From an uncultured Microbacterium sp. (GTDB taxonomy: Bacteria > Actinomycetota > Actinomycetes > Actinomycetales > Microbacteriaceae), in NCBI RefSeq assembly GCF_963524805.1, contig NZ_CAURGG010000009.1:84154-148153 (forward strand): 64,000 nucleotides of DNA. The letters are read 5' to 3'. The position numbers and the translations under genes are program-made. Under the pieces are notes generated by a model. The model was not told where the DNA came from. It did not search any database and saw only the letters and a program-made list of their open reading frames with translations. Numbering within the stretch: position 1 is the stretch's first letter; each line of letters starts with the position of its first letter. Shown piece after piece: positions 21,231-30,646 of the stretch.

Positions 21231-21640
21231 GCGCCGTCGGCGACGTGCAGGTCGGCCAGACGGTCGCCGAGCGGACGGTCCATCTGACACGTGAGTCGCT
21301 CGTGCGCTATGCCGGCGCCTCGGGCGACTTCAACCCGATCCACTACCGCGACGACGTGGCGGCATCCGTCGGTCTTCCCGGCGTGCTCGCGCACGGGATG
21401 CTCACGATGGGCTTGGCCGTCGAGACCATCGTGGCGTGGCTCGGCGACGCCGGTCGCATCCTCGAGTACGGCGTGCGCTTCACCCGGCCCGTGGTCGTCG
21501 ATCCCGAGACCGGCGCAGACCTCGTGATCGTCGCGAAGGTGGGGGCGATCGATGACGAGTCGGCGCGCATCGACCTGACCGTGACGTCGGCTGAGGCGAC
21601 GGTGCTCGGCAAGGCGCAGGTCCGCGTCAGACTGCCGTAG
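21227..21640 (+). CDS. MaoC-family dehydratase, HadB-type subunit
   Basis: YAGASGDFNPIH...GVLAHGMLTMG hydratase motif. Confidence 0.9.
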   Translation: MSAVGDVQVGQTVAERTVHLTRESLVRYAGASGDFNPIHYRDDVAASVGLPGVLAHGMLTMGLAVETIVAWLGDAGRILEYGVRFTRPVVVDPETGADLVIVAKVGAIDDESARIDLTVTSAEATVLGKAQVRVRLP

Positions 21641-21643
21641 CCC

Positions 21644-22780
21644 ATGCCCGACGTCGAACCCATTTCGCTCGCGCAGCTGACCACGCTGCGCACCGGCGGC
21701 CTCCCCGCGCGCATGATCGATGCGCACACCACCGAAGAGCTCATCGGCGCGTTGCGCGAAGGGTGGGGGCAGGGCGACGAGCTGCTCGTCGTCGGCGGCG
21801 GATCCAACCTCTTCGTCGGCGACGACCCGTTCGAGGGCACCGTCGTGCGCGTGCTCACGAGAGGCATCGAGCGGATGCCGTCCCCTCGGCCCGGCTACGC
21901 ACGGCTGCGGGTCCAGGCCGGCCACGACTGGGACGAGCTCGTGGCCTACGCCGTCGCCGAGGGCCTGGGCGGTATCGAGGCGATGTCCGGCATCCCCGGC
22001 ACCGTCGGTGCGGCGCCCGTGCAGAATATCGGCGCGTACGGTCAGGAGATCGTCCAGACCCTCGCCGCGGTGGAGCTGATCGACGAGGGCGCGGACGAGG
22101 TCCTGACGGTCCCGGCATCCGAGCTCGGCCTGGGCTTCCGGACGTCGGTTTTCAAGCACCACTACGGATCGGTCGCGGCGCGGCCGGCGGTGATCCTCTC
22201 CGTGACGTTCGAGCTGCCCGAGGTGGGCCACGGTGATCGGCCGGTCGCGGGCGATCAGCTGCGGACGGCCCTCGGCCTCCAGCCCGGCGCGGAGGTGTCG
22301 CTCGCCTGGGTGCGCGAGCACGTGCTGGAGACCCGGCGGCGGAAGGGAATGGTGCTCGATGCCGACGACCCCGACACCTACAGCGCGGGCTCGTTCTTCC
22401 AGAACGCGATAGTGTCGGCGTCCTTCGCCCGGACGCTCCCTCCCGAGTGCCCGCGGTGGCCGGTGACCCCCGACCTCGACCCGGTTCTGGTGATCCCCCT
22501 CGCCTCCTATGACGGCTACGTGCCGGCCGCGGTGAGTGAGGAGTCCGACGTCAAGGTGAGCGCCGCCTGGCTCATCGAGCACTCCGGCCTTCGCAAGGGG
22601 TTCAAGCTGCCGCGATCGCGCGCGGCCCTGTCGAGCAAGCACGCACTGGCCCTCACCAATCGGGGGAGCGGCTCGGCCGAGGAGCTCGCCCAGCTGGCCC
22701 GGTTCATCCAGGGACGCGTGCAGTCCGAGTTCGGTCTGGTTCTGCAGCCCGAGCCGGTGCTCGTGGGCGTCGAGCTCTAG
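21644..22780 (+). CDS. murB: UDP-N-acetylmuramate dehydrogenase
   Basis: TTLRTGG, GGGSN, GIPGTVGAAPVQNIGAYG, SAGSFF.N, SAAWLIE, KHALALTN, L.PEP. Confidence 0.95.
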   Translation: MPDVEPISLAQLTTLRTGGLPARMIDAHTTEELIGALREGWGQGDELLVVGGGSNLFVGDDPFEGTVVRVLTRGIERMPSPRPGYARLRVQAGHDWDELVAYAVAEGLGGIEAMSGIPGTVGAAPVQNIGAYGQEIVQTLAAVELIDEGADEVLTVPASELGLGFRTSVFKHHYGSVAARPAVILSVTFELPEVGHGDRPVAGDQLRTALGLQPGAEVSLAWVREHVLETRRRKGMVLDADDPDTYSAGSFFQNAIVSASFARTLPPECPRWPVTPDLDPVLVIPLASYDGYVPAAVSEESDVKVSAAWLIEHSGLRKGFKLPRSRAALSSKHALALTNRGSGSAEELAQLARFIQGRVQSEFGLVLQPEPVLVGVEL

Positions 22781-22812
22781 CCTGGGCGCTCCCGCCCCTC
22801 GTCCCTCTCTGC

Positions 22813-22892
22813 CGAAAGCCCGGTCCGTCACCCGACACGCCGGGCGGCGGCATCCCGTCACGGCGTGTCTGCGTGACCGACCGGGCTTTTCG
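22813..22892. repeat. Long imperfect hairpin (about 30-bp arms); terminator or REP-like
   Basis: CGAAAGCCCGGTCCGTCACCCGACACGCCG ... CGGCGTGTCTGCGTGACCGACCGGGCTTTTCG. Confidence 0.65.
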
Positions 22893-22914
22893 CATCAGTC
22901 GTTCTGCGGACACC

Positions 22915-22936
22915 GGCTTCAGCGCGGCTTCAGCGC
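22915..22936 (+). promoter_or_regulatory. Tandem 11-bp direct repeat GGCTTCAGCGC x2, probable OmpR-type operator
   Basis: Perfect repeat 20 bp upstream of the response regulator; a matching motif lies at 24967-24984. Confidence 0.65.
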
Positions 22937-22956
22937 GCATGAGCCACGATGGACTC

Positions 22957-23634
22957 ATGCGACTGCTCGTGGTGGACGATGAGCCGCGCCTGGCCGAAGG
23001 ACTCAAGCGGGGGCTGGAGGCGGAGGGCTTCGCCGTCGACGTCGCGCACACCGGGACCGACGGGCTGTGGCTCGCCCGCGAGCAGCAGTACGCGGCGATC
23101 CTGCTGGACATCATGCTCCCCGGCATGAACGGGTACGTCGTGTGCCGGACCCTCCGGGACGAGCAGATCTGGACGCCGGTGCTCATGCTGACCGCCAAGG
23201 ACGGTGAGTGGGATCAGGTCGAAGGACTCGACACCGGTGCCGACGACTACCTGACCAAGCCGTTCTCGTTCGCCGTGCTGCTCGCCCGGCTGCGCGCCCT
23301 CATCCGTCGCGGCGCCGGTGCGCGCCCGGCGATCCTGGCCGTCGGCGATCTCACCCTCGATCCGGCCGCGCGCGAGGTGCAGCGCGGCGGCACGCCCATC
23401 GAGGTGACGACCCGCGAGTTCGCGGTGCTGGAATTCCTCATGCGGCGCGCGGGCGAGGTCGTGCCGAAGTCCGAGATCCTCGACGGCGTCTGGGACTTCG
23501 CCTTCGAGGGCGACCCCAACATCGTCGAGGTCTACGTCGGGCATCTGCGCGCGAAGATCGACCGGCCCTTCGGCCGCGAGAGCATCCGCACGATCCGCGG
23601 CGCAGGCTACCGGATCGGCGCGGACGATGCCTGA
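22957..23634 (+). CDS. OmpR/PhoB-family response regulator
   Basis: LLVVDDE, LLDIMLPG, MLTAK, GADDYLTKPF, NIVEVYV.HLR.K, TIRGAGY. Confidence 0.95.
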   Translation: MRLLVVDDEPRLAEGLKRGLEAEGFAVDVAHTGTDGLWLAREQQYAAILLDIMLPGMNGYVVCRTLRDEQIWTPVLMLTAKDGEWDQVEGLDTGADDYLTKPFSFAVLLARLRALIRRGAGARPAILAVGDLTLDPAAREVQRGGTPIEVTTREFAVLEFLMRRAGEVVPKSEILDGVWDFAFEGDPNIVEVYVGHLRAKIDRPFGRESIRTIRGAGYRIGADDA

Positions 23635-24958
23635 CGGCGAGCGGCAGCGGCCCGGCATCCGCATCCGGATCACCGCCGTGGCGGCATCCATCGTCGCCCT
23701 CGCGCTCGCCCTCGGGGCCGTCGGCTTCTGGGTCACGCTCAGCACCGCCCTGCACGCGCAGGTCGACGCGGCCGGTCGGCAGGACGCCGAGGCGTTCGCC
23801 GATCAGGTGGATGCCGCCGGACCGCAGTCGCTGCCGGACATCGACGACGAGCGCTTCTGGCAGGTGATCGACCGCGACAGCGGCACCGTCGTCGCCGCCA
23901 GCGACGCCGCCGAGGATCTCGGCGCGCTCGCCGATCGCGAGGGCGCTGCCCCCGGGCTGATCCGCCTGGATTCCGAAGACGCGCCGTTCGCCGTGGCGGT
24001 CGAGCGGGTCGGCGGCGATTGGATCGTGGTCGCCGGCCGCAGCACAGAGGAGATCGACGCGACGCTGGCCACCGTCGGGCTGCTGCTCGCTGTCTCCGTG
24101 CCGATCGTCGTCGGCGTCGTCGCGCTGACGACATGGTTCGCCGTCGGGCGCTCGCTGGCCCCCGTCGAACGCATGCGCCGCCAGGTCGAGCGGCTGTCGG
24201 CATCCGACCTGTCCTCGCGCGTCGACAAGCCACCCACCCGCGACGAGATCGGACGCCTCGCCCACACGATGAACGGGATGCTGTCGCGGCTCGAGGACTC
24301 CCAGCTCGCCCAGCGTCGATTCATCTCGGACGCCTCGCACGAGCTGAAATCCCCGCTCGCGTCGCTGCGCCAGTACGCCGAGGTCGCCAGGGCTCACCCC
24401 GACCGCATCAGCTCGCAAGAGCTCAGTGACGCCGTCCTGGACGAGGGCGCTCGTCTCGAGCGGCTCGTGCAGGGGATGCTGGTGCTCAGCCGCGCGGACG
24501 AGGGCGCTCTCGCGCTCACGGTGACCGACGTGGACCTGGACGATCTGCTGCTCGTGGAGGCGGGACGTCTGCGCGCGCTCGGCGCGATCGACGTCGACGT
24601 CGGCGGTCTTCATCCCGCCCGCGTCCGGGGCGATCTGGGGCTGCTGCGGCAGGTCACCCGCAACCTGGCCGACAACGCCGCCCGGCACACTCGGGGGCGC
24701 GTCGCGCTCGGCGCGACGCAGACGTCATCGGGCGCGCTGTTCACGATCGAGGACGACGGCGAAGGCATCCCCGAGGCCGAGCGCGGCCGGGTGTTCGAGC
24801 GGTTCATCCGCCTCGACGAGGCCCGAGCGCGGGATGCCGGCGGCAGCGGGCTGGGCCTGGCGATCGTGCGCGAGATCGTGCGTGCGCACGGCGGAGACGT
24901 GCGTGTGGATGCCGGGCGCTGGGGCGGTGCGCGCTTCGTCGTGTCGCTTCCCGGCTGA
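23627..24958 (+). CDS. Sensor histidine kinase (HAMP-HisKA-HATPase)
   Basis: Two TM segments, DEIGRLA.TMN, DASHELKSPL, NLADNA, DDGEGI, GSGLGLAIV. Confidence 0.95.
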   Translation: MPDGERQRPGIRIRITAVAASIVALALALGAVGFWVTLSTALHAQVDAAGRQDAEAFADQVDAAGPQSLPDIDDERFWQVIDRDSGTVVAASDAAEDLGALADREGAAPGLIRLDSEDAPFAVAVERVGGDWIVVAGRSTEEIDATLATVGLLLAVSVPIVVGVVALTTWFAVGRSLAPVERMRRQVERLSASDLSSRVDKPPTRDEIGRLAHTMNGMLSRLEDSQLAQRRFISDASHELKSPLASLRQYAEVARAHPDRISSQELSDAVLDEGARLERLVQGMLVLSRADEGALALTVTDVDLDDLLLVEAGRLRALGAIDVDVGGLHPARVRGDLGLLRQVTRNLADNAARHTRGRVALGATQTSSGALFTIEDDGEGIPEAERGRVFERFIRLDEARARDAGGSGLGLAIVREIVRAHGGDVRVDAGRWGGARFVVSLPG

Positions 24959-24966
24959 GCGCCGTC

Positions 24967-24984
24967 GCTTCAGGCTGGCTTCAG
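24967..24984 (+). promoter_or_regulatory. GCTTCAG-N4-GCTTCAG direct repeat upstream of the PepSY gene
   Basis: Same heptamer and 11-bp period as the repeat at 22916-22933. Confidence 0.6.
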
Positions 24985-25034
24985 CCGCCGCGCGGGATCG
25001 TGGTGTCCTCACCCGTTCCGAGCAGGAGGACCCC

Positions 25035-25439
25035 ATGCGCACACCCGTCATCTGGATCGTCAGCACCGTCGCCACGGTCGGGCTGATCGCCGCCGGCACC
25101 GCCGTCGCGCTCGCCGCGACCTCGGCCCCGAGCCCCGCCGTGGCCGATCCCTCGCCGTCGGCATCCCTCGTCGACGACAGTGATGTGCGATCGGCCTCGG
25201 CCGTGCCGTCCGCGTCGGCGGCATCGGACATCGAAGCCGCGATCGCGGCCGCACTGGCCGCGGCCGGCCCCGGAACGGTGGTCGACGCCGAGGTCGATGA
25301 CAACCCCGACTACGCCTACGAGATCGACGTGCGGCGCGACGCCGGCGGCGTCGTCGAGGTGAAACTCGACGCGGCGCTCAGGGTGGTCTCGTCCGAGGTC
25401 GACGACCGCGGCTCCGACGATCGCTCTTCGGACGACTGA
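25035..25439 (+). CDS. Secreted PepSY-domain protein
   Basis: AGGAGGA RBS, signal/TM segment, AIAAALAAAGPGTVVDAEVDD...YEIDV.....VVEVKLD. Confidence 0.8.
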   Translation: MRTPVIWIVSTVATVGLIAAGTAVALAATSAPSPAVADPSPSASLVDDSDVRSASAVPSASAASDIEAAIAAALAAAGPGTVVDAEVDDNPDYAYEIDVRRDAGGVVEVKLDAALRVVSSEVDDRGSDDRSSDD

Positions 25440-25639
25440 CCCGTCGTTCTCGCGGCAGCCGGCCGGGGGCCGACCTCGATGAGATCGCCCAACCGCGCCC
25501 GGTGGTCCGGATGCAGGTTGGCGGTCGCGGCGGCCAGTTCGGTGAGTGCGCTGATGAATCCCATGTCGGCTCCTTTGTGCGGTCGTTCGCTCAGTGCGAC
25601 GAACGAGAGCACGCGGGATCGACAGTTCCGCGCGGAGTT

Positions 25640-26842
25640 CTAAGAGCCGAAGAGCTCCTGCATGCGGCGGACGCCCTCACGCAGCGGCTCGTCGCCCAGG
25701 GCGTACGACAAGCGCAGGTAGCCGCTCGGGCCGAACGCCTCGCCCGGCACCACCGCGACCTCCACCTCATCGAGGATCAGGTCGGCGAGCTCCAGCGACG
25801 TCGTCGGCGTCTTGCCGCGCCACTCGCGCCCGAGCAGACCCTGCACATCGGGATAGACGTAGAAGGCGCCCAGCGGGTTGGGCACGGTGACGCCGTCGAT
25901 CTTGGCCAGCTCCTCGACGATGAGCTTCCGGCGCCGGTCGAACGCGAGCCGGAAGTCCTCCGCCTCGGTCTGCGGCCCGGTGAGGGCGGCCAGGGCGGCG
26001 CGCTGCGCGATGTTGTTCACATTGCTCGAAAGGTGCGACTGCAGGTTGGCCGCGACCTTGATCGCGTCCTTCGGGCCGACCATCCAGCCCACGCGCCAGC
26101 CGGTCATCGCGTAGGTCTTGGCGACGCCGTTGACCAGGATCGTCTGACCTGCCACATCCGGCACGGCCTCGACGATCGACATCGCGCGGGCCCCCTCGTA
26201 GACGAGGTTCTGATAGATCTCGTCGGTGATGATCCAGATGCCGTGCTCGAGCGCCCACTCGCCGATCGCCTTCGTCTCATCGGGCGTGTACACCGATCCC
26301 GTCGGGTTCGACGGCGAGACGAAGACCAGCACGGTCGTGCGCTCCGTGCGTGCCGCCTCGAGCTGCGGGACCGTGACCTTGTAGTCCTGCTCCGCTCCGG
26401 CGAACACCTCGACGGGGGTGCCGTCGGCCAGGGCGATCGCCTCGGGATAGGTCGTCCAGTACGGCGCGGGAAGCAGCACCTCATCCCCGGGGTTCACCAC
26501 CGCCTGGAACGCCTGGTACACCGCCTGCTTTCCGCCGTTGGTCACGACGATCTGCGAAGCGTCGACCTCGAGGCCGGAGTCGCGCAGGGTCTTGGCGGCG
26601 ATCGCCTCCCGCAGCACCGGAAGCCCGACGGCGGGCGTGTAGCGATAGTTCGCCTTGTCGTGCAGGGCCTCGGCGGCGGCATCCACGATGAACTGCGGCG
26701 TGGCGAAGTCCGGCTCGCCGGCCGCGTAGCTGATCACGGGTCGTCCGGCAGCCTGCAGGGCCTTGGCCTTCGCGTCGACCTTGAGGGTCGCCGACTCGGC
26801 GATGGCGGAAAGCTTTCGAGAGAGTGGAGCTCGTTCTGTCAC
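25640..26842 (-). CDS. Class I PLP aminotransferase (aspartate aminotransferase-like)
   Basis: [49 protein letters not shown]. Confidence 0.92.
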   Translation of the reverse strand: MTERAPLSRKLSAIAESATLKVDAKAKALQAAGRPVISYAAGEPDFATPQFIVDAAAEALHDKANYRYTPAVGLPVLREAIAAKTLRDSGLEVDASQIVVTNGGKQAVYQAFQAVVNPGDEVLLPAPYWTTYPEAIALADGTPVEVFAGAEQDYKVTVPQLEAARTERTTVLVFVSPSNPTGSVYTPDETKAIGEWALEHGIWIITDEIYQNLVYEGARAMSIVEAVPDVAGQTILVNGVAKTYAMTGWRVGWMVGPKDAIKVAANLQSHLSSNVNNIAQRAALAALTGPQTEAEDFRLAFDRRRKLIVEELAKIDGVTVPNPLGAFYVYPDVQGLLGREWRGKTPTTSLELADLILDEVEVAVVPGEAFGPSGYLRLSYALGDEPLREGVRRMQELFGS

Positions 26843-26947
26843 GGTACGAGCGTAGCCGCCCGGCCGTGCCGGGCCGAGGGAGCTGCCCTCCAAGCCGACA
26901 GGTTCCGCCGGGGCGCGACCCTGACCGCGCGCCCCGGCAGAACCGGA

Positions 26948-27286
26948 TCAGGCGAGATCGAGGGGCCAGGCCGGTCGCAGCTCGATGATCCCCGAGGTGG
27001 CCATCGGATGCCGCGACGCGATCTGGATCGCCTCATCCATGTCCGCGCAGTCGAGGATGTCGAATCCGGCGATCCACTCGTGCGTTTCGGCGAAGGGTCC
27101 GTCCGTGACGTTCACACTGCCGTTGCGGCGGCGGATGGTCTTCGCGTCGGACGGCGGCCGCAGCCGATCGCCGTCGACGGCCTTGCCGCCGCCGTAGGTC
27201 TCATCGACCCACTCCTGGATCGTGACGGGTGGCTCTTCCGTGCCTTCCCGGCTCGGATCCACCACTACGAGCATCAGAAACTTCAT
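26948..27286 (-). CDS. YciI-family protein
   Basis: VTDGPFAETHEWIAGF.I.DC..MDEA...A..HP...IELRP. Confidence 0.88.
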   Translation of the reverse strand: MKFLMLVVVDPSREGTEEPPVTIQEWVDETYGGGKAVDGDRLRPPSDAKTIRRRNGSVNVTDGPFAETHEWIAGFDILDCADMDEAIQIASRHPMATSGIIELRPAWPLDLA

Positions 27287-27383
27287 CGCGTGTCCTTCCT
27301 CTGGAGCGACGTTACGTGAAGGGCGTCGAACGCCGCGTCAGCCGATCGACAAAGTCCGCGAAAAAGATCTCAGGCCTCGGCGA

Positions 27384-28832
27384 TCAGCCCGTCGGGGCGG
27401 CCCTCAGCAGGTCGCGGGCGGCCAGGCCGATGATGGCGCTGTAGGTCGGATACGCGAACTTCACCCGGGCCAGAGTAGCGACGTCGATGCCCGCGGCCAT
27501 GGCCGTGGTGACGGACTGGATGACCTCGACCGCGTTCTCGCCCACCGCGTGCGCGCCGAGGATGAGCTCGCGGCGGTTGTCGGCGATGAGCTTGAGGAAC
27601 CCGACGCCGCGGTCGTCGATCACCGCGCGCTCGAGGTGGTCATAGCGGGCGACGGCGACGACGCACTGGGGATCGCGGGCCCGCGCCTGCTCCTCGGTCA
27701 GGCCCACGCCGGCGTAGTCGGGGTCGGTGAACCCGCCCGCCGGCAGCAGGTGGTGGGGCGTGCGCCGATTCGCTCCCAGCACCGCGTTCTCGGCTGCCGC
27801 CTCTCCCTCGAACTGGGCCGCCTGCACGAGCATGTCCCTGCCGTTCGCATCCCCTACGGCGAAGATGTGCGACGCCGAGGAGTGGAAGTAGTCATCGACG
27901 GGGATGGCCGAGCGCTGCACCTCCACGCCGGCGTTCGCCAGCCCCAGGTCTTCGACGTCGGCCGGCCAGCCGGTGGCCATCACCACCGCGTCGAACACGT
28001 CGACGTGCTTCGCCTGTGCGTCAGTCCAGGTGAGGGCGATGCGGTCGTCCTCGGCGGAGGCCAGCGACTCGACGCCCGAGATCCCCGTGTGCACGGACAT
28101 GCCCTGCGCGAGGAAGGCCGCGGTGACCACGGCCGAGATCTCGGCGTCAGAGGCCATGAGCACCCTGGGCGCGAGGTCGAGCAGGGTGACCTCCGACCCG
28201 AGCGAATCGAAGACCGTGGCCAGCTGCATCCCGGTGTTGCCCGCGCCGATGATCGCGACGCGACGCGGCAGCCGCGGCAGATCCAGCACGTGCTCGGGAA
28301 CCGTCGCCAACTCCGCGCCGGGGATCGGCAGGCGGCGGGAATGGCCACCCACGCACACGATGATCCGGGATGCCGTCACCCGGCGCCCCGACTCGAGCGC
28401 GAGTGTGTGCGCACTCTCGAAGCGCGCACGACCCTCCTGCCGCAGCACGATGCCGGCGTCGGTGAAGCGAGCGGGTTCCTGCTTGATGGCGCGGACGCCG
28501 TCGACGCGTTCCCGCACGCGGGCGACGGTGCCGGGCCAATCGATCACGGGAGGTCCGACCTCGATGCCGTACGCATCGGCCGAGCGGATCTCCCGCATGA
28601 GCCGGGCCGCTTTGGCGAGCACGCGGGTGGGCACGCAGCCGGTGTTCACACACGTTCCGCCCGTGCGGTCGGTCGCCTCGAGCACGACGACGCGCGCGCC
28701 GAGCTCCGCAGCGCGCAGCGCGGCTGCGGTGCCCGCGGGGCCCGCTCCGATGACGGCGACGTCGTATGTCTCGGCAGGCGCTTCTGCCGGGGCATCCGAT
28801 GTCGATGTTCCGAGGGCTTCCGCGATGCTCAT
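27384..28832 (-). CDS. Pyridine nucleotide-disulfide oxidoreductase (lipoamide dehydrogenase-like fold)
   Basis: GAGPAG, GGTCVNTGCVP, GAGNTG, IFAVGD, dimerisation domain. Confidence 0.85.
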   Translation of the reverse strand: MSIAEALGTSTSDAPAEAPAETYDVAVIGAGPAGTAAALRAAELGARVVVLEATDRTGGTCVNTGCVPTRVLAKAARLMREIRSADAYGIEVGPPVIDWPGTVARVRERVDGVRAIKQEPARFTDAGIVLRQEGRARFESAHTLALESGRRVTASRIIVCVGGHSRRLPIPGAELATVPEHVLDLPRLPRRVAIIGAGNTGMQLATVFDSLGSEVTLLDLAPRVLMASDAEISAVVTAAFLAQGMSVHTGISGVESLASAEDDRIALTWTDAQAKHVDVFDAVVMATGWPADVEDLGLANAGVEVQRSAIPVDDYFHSSASHIFAVGDANGRDMLVQAAQFEGEAAAENAVLGANRRTPHHLLPAGGFTDPDYAGVGLTEEQARARDPQCVVAVARYDHLERAVIDDRGVGFLKLIADNRRELILGAHAVGENAVEVIQSVTTAMAAGIDVATLARVKFAYPTYSAIIGLAARDLLRAAPTG

Positions 28833-29001
28833 GTGCGTCCTTCCGACAGGTGACGATCGACCTTCAGTGTCGCATCGACGCACGTCCCTCAGGCCGGATG
28901 CAGGCCGCCCGCTTCGCCCGTGAGACGACAACTGCACGTCGAGACTGTGGGGTTTGCCCACGGTCTCGACGTGCAGATGTCGTCTCAGCGGAAAAGAGAG
29001 G

Positions 29002-30597
29002 TCAGCTGAACTGGTTCATCGTGTTGTGCTGGCCGCCCGCCTTGAGGGCGGCATCCCCCGCGAAGTACTCCTTGTGGTTGTCGCCGATGTCGCTGCCCGC
29101 CATGTTCTGGTGCTTGACGGTGGCGATGCCCTCGCGGATCTCGCGACGCTGGACGCCGCGCACGTAGGCCAGCATGCCGTCGTCGCCGAAGTATCCCTTG
29201 GCCAGGTCATCCGTGGACAGGGCGGCCGTGTGATAGGTCGGCAGGGTGATCAGATGGTGGAAGATCCCCGCCCGCGCGGAGCCGTCCCTCTGGAAGGAGC
29301 GGATCTTCTCGTCGGCCAGCCGCGCGAGCTCGGTGCCGTCGTAGTCGACGCTCATCAGGTCGGAGCGCTCGTAGGCCGAGACGTCCCTGCCCTCCTGTGC
29401 CAGCAGGTCGTACGCCTGCTGGCGGAAGCTGAGCGTCCAGTTGAACGACGGACTGTTGTTGTAGACGAGCTTCGCGTCGGGGATCTCCTTGCGGATCTCG
29501 TCCACCATGCCGGCGATCTGCTCGATGTGCGGCTTCTCGGTCTCGATCCACAGCAGGTCCGCCCCGTTGCGCAGCGCGGTGATGCAGTCCAGGACGCAGC
29601 GCGCCTCGCCCGTGCCGGCGCGGAACCGGTACAGGTTGCTGGCCAGGCGCCGGGGCCGCAGCAGTGCGCCGTCGCGCTTGATGACCACGTCGCCGTTGCC
29701 CAGGTCCGCCTCGGAGATCTCCTCGACATCGAGGAACGCGTTGTACTGGTCGCCGAGGTCGCCCGGCCGGTTCGTGACGGCGAGCTTCTGCGTGAGGCCC
29801 GCGCCGAGCGAGTCGGTGCGGGCGACGATGATGCCGTTCTCGATCCCCAGCTCGAGGAACGCGTAGCGCACCGCGTTCATCTTCGCGATGAAGTCCTCGT
29901 GAGGAACCGTGACCTTGCCGTCCTGGTGGCCGCACTGCTTCTCGTCCGAGACCTGATTCTCGATCTGGATGGCGCACGCCCCCGCCTCGATCATCTTCTT
30001 GGCGAGCAGATACGTGGCCTCGGGATTGCCGAAGCCCGCGTCGATGTCGGCGATGATCGGCACCACGTGGGTCTCATAGGTGTCGATCTGCGACTGGATG
30101 AACTCGACCGCGGTCTCGTCGCCGGCGGCGCGGGCCTTGTCCAGCCGCGAGAACATCAGGTCGAGCTCTCGGGCATCCGCCTGGCGCAGGAACGTATACA
30201 GCTCCTCGATCAATGCCGGGACGGCGGTCTTCTCGTGCATCGACTGGTCGGGGAGCGGGCCGAACTCCGAGCGCAGCGCGGCGACCATCCACCCGGACAG
30301 GTACAGGTAGCGCTTGTTCGTTGTCTTCAGATGCTTCTTGATCGAGATGAGCTTCTGCTGGCCGATGAACCCGTGCCACACGCCCAGCGACTGGGTGTAC
30401 ACCGCCGAATCGCTGTCGTACTCCGCCATGTCGCGGCGCATGATGTCCGCGGTGTACTGCGCGATCTCCAGGCCCGTCCGGAAGCGGTTCTGCGTCCGCA
30501 TGCGCGCGACGGACTCGGGGTCGATGGCGTCCCAGCCCGTGCCGCTGCGCACCTTGAGTGCGCGGATGGCGTCGATGTCGTTCTGATACTGCGTCAT
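29002..30597 (-). CDS. aceA: Isocitrate lyase (long, QCGH type)
   Basis: YLSGWMVAA, DIDAGFG, QIENQVSDEKQCGHQDGK, ARTD, WIET, YNNSPSFNW. Confidence 0.95.
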   Translation of the reverse strand: MTQYQNDIDAIRALKVRSGTGWDAIDPESVARMRTQNRFRTGLEIAQYTADIMRRDMAEYDSDSAVYTQSLGVWHGFIGQQKLISIKKHLKTTNKRYLYLSGWMVAALRSEFGPLPDQSMHEKTAVPALIEELYTFLRQADARELDLMFSRLDKARAAGDETAVEFIQSQIDTYETHVVPIIADIDAGFGNPEATYLLAKKMIEAGACAIQIENQVSDEKQCGHQDGKVTVPHEDFIAKMNAVRYAFLELGIENGIIVARTDSLGAGLTQKLAVTNRPGDLGDQYNAFLDVEEISEADLGNGDVVIKRDGALLRPRRLASNLYRFRAGTGEARCVLDCITALRNGADLLWIETEKPHIEQIAGMVDEIRKEIPDAKLVYNNSPSFNWTLSFRQQAYDLLAQEGRDVSAYERSDLMSVDYDGTELARLADEKIRSFQRDGSARAGIFHHLITLPTYHTAALSTDDLAKGYFGDDGMLAYVRGVQRREIREGIATVKHQNMAGSDIGDNHKEYFAGDAALKAGGQHNTMNQFS

Positions 30598-30646
30598 TTC
30601 GGTTCCTTGTCTGAGAGTGTCGATGGATGTGTGCCAGACCGTGGCG

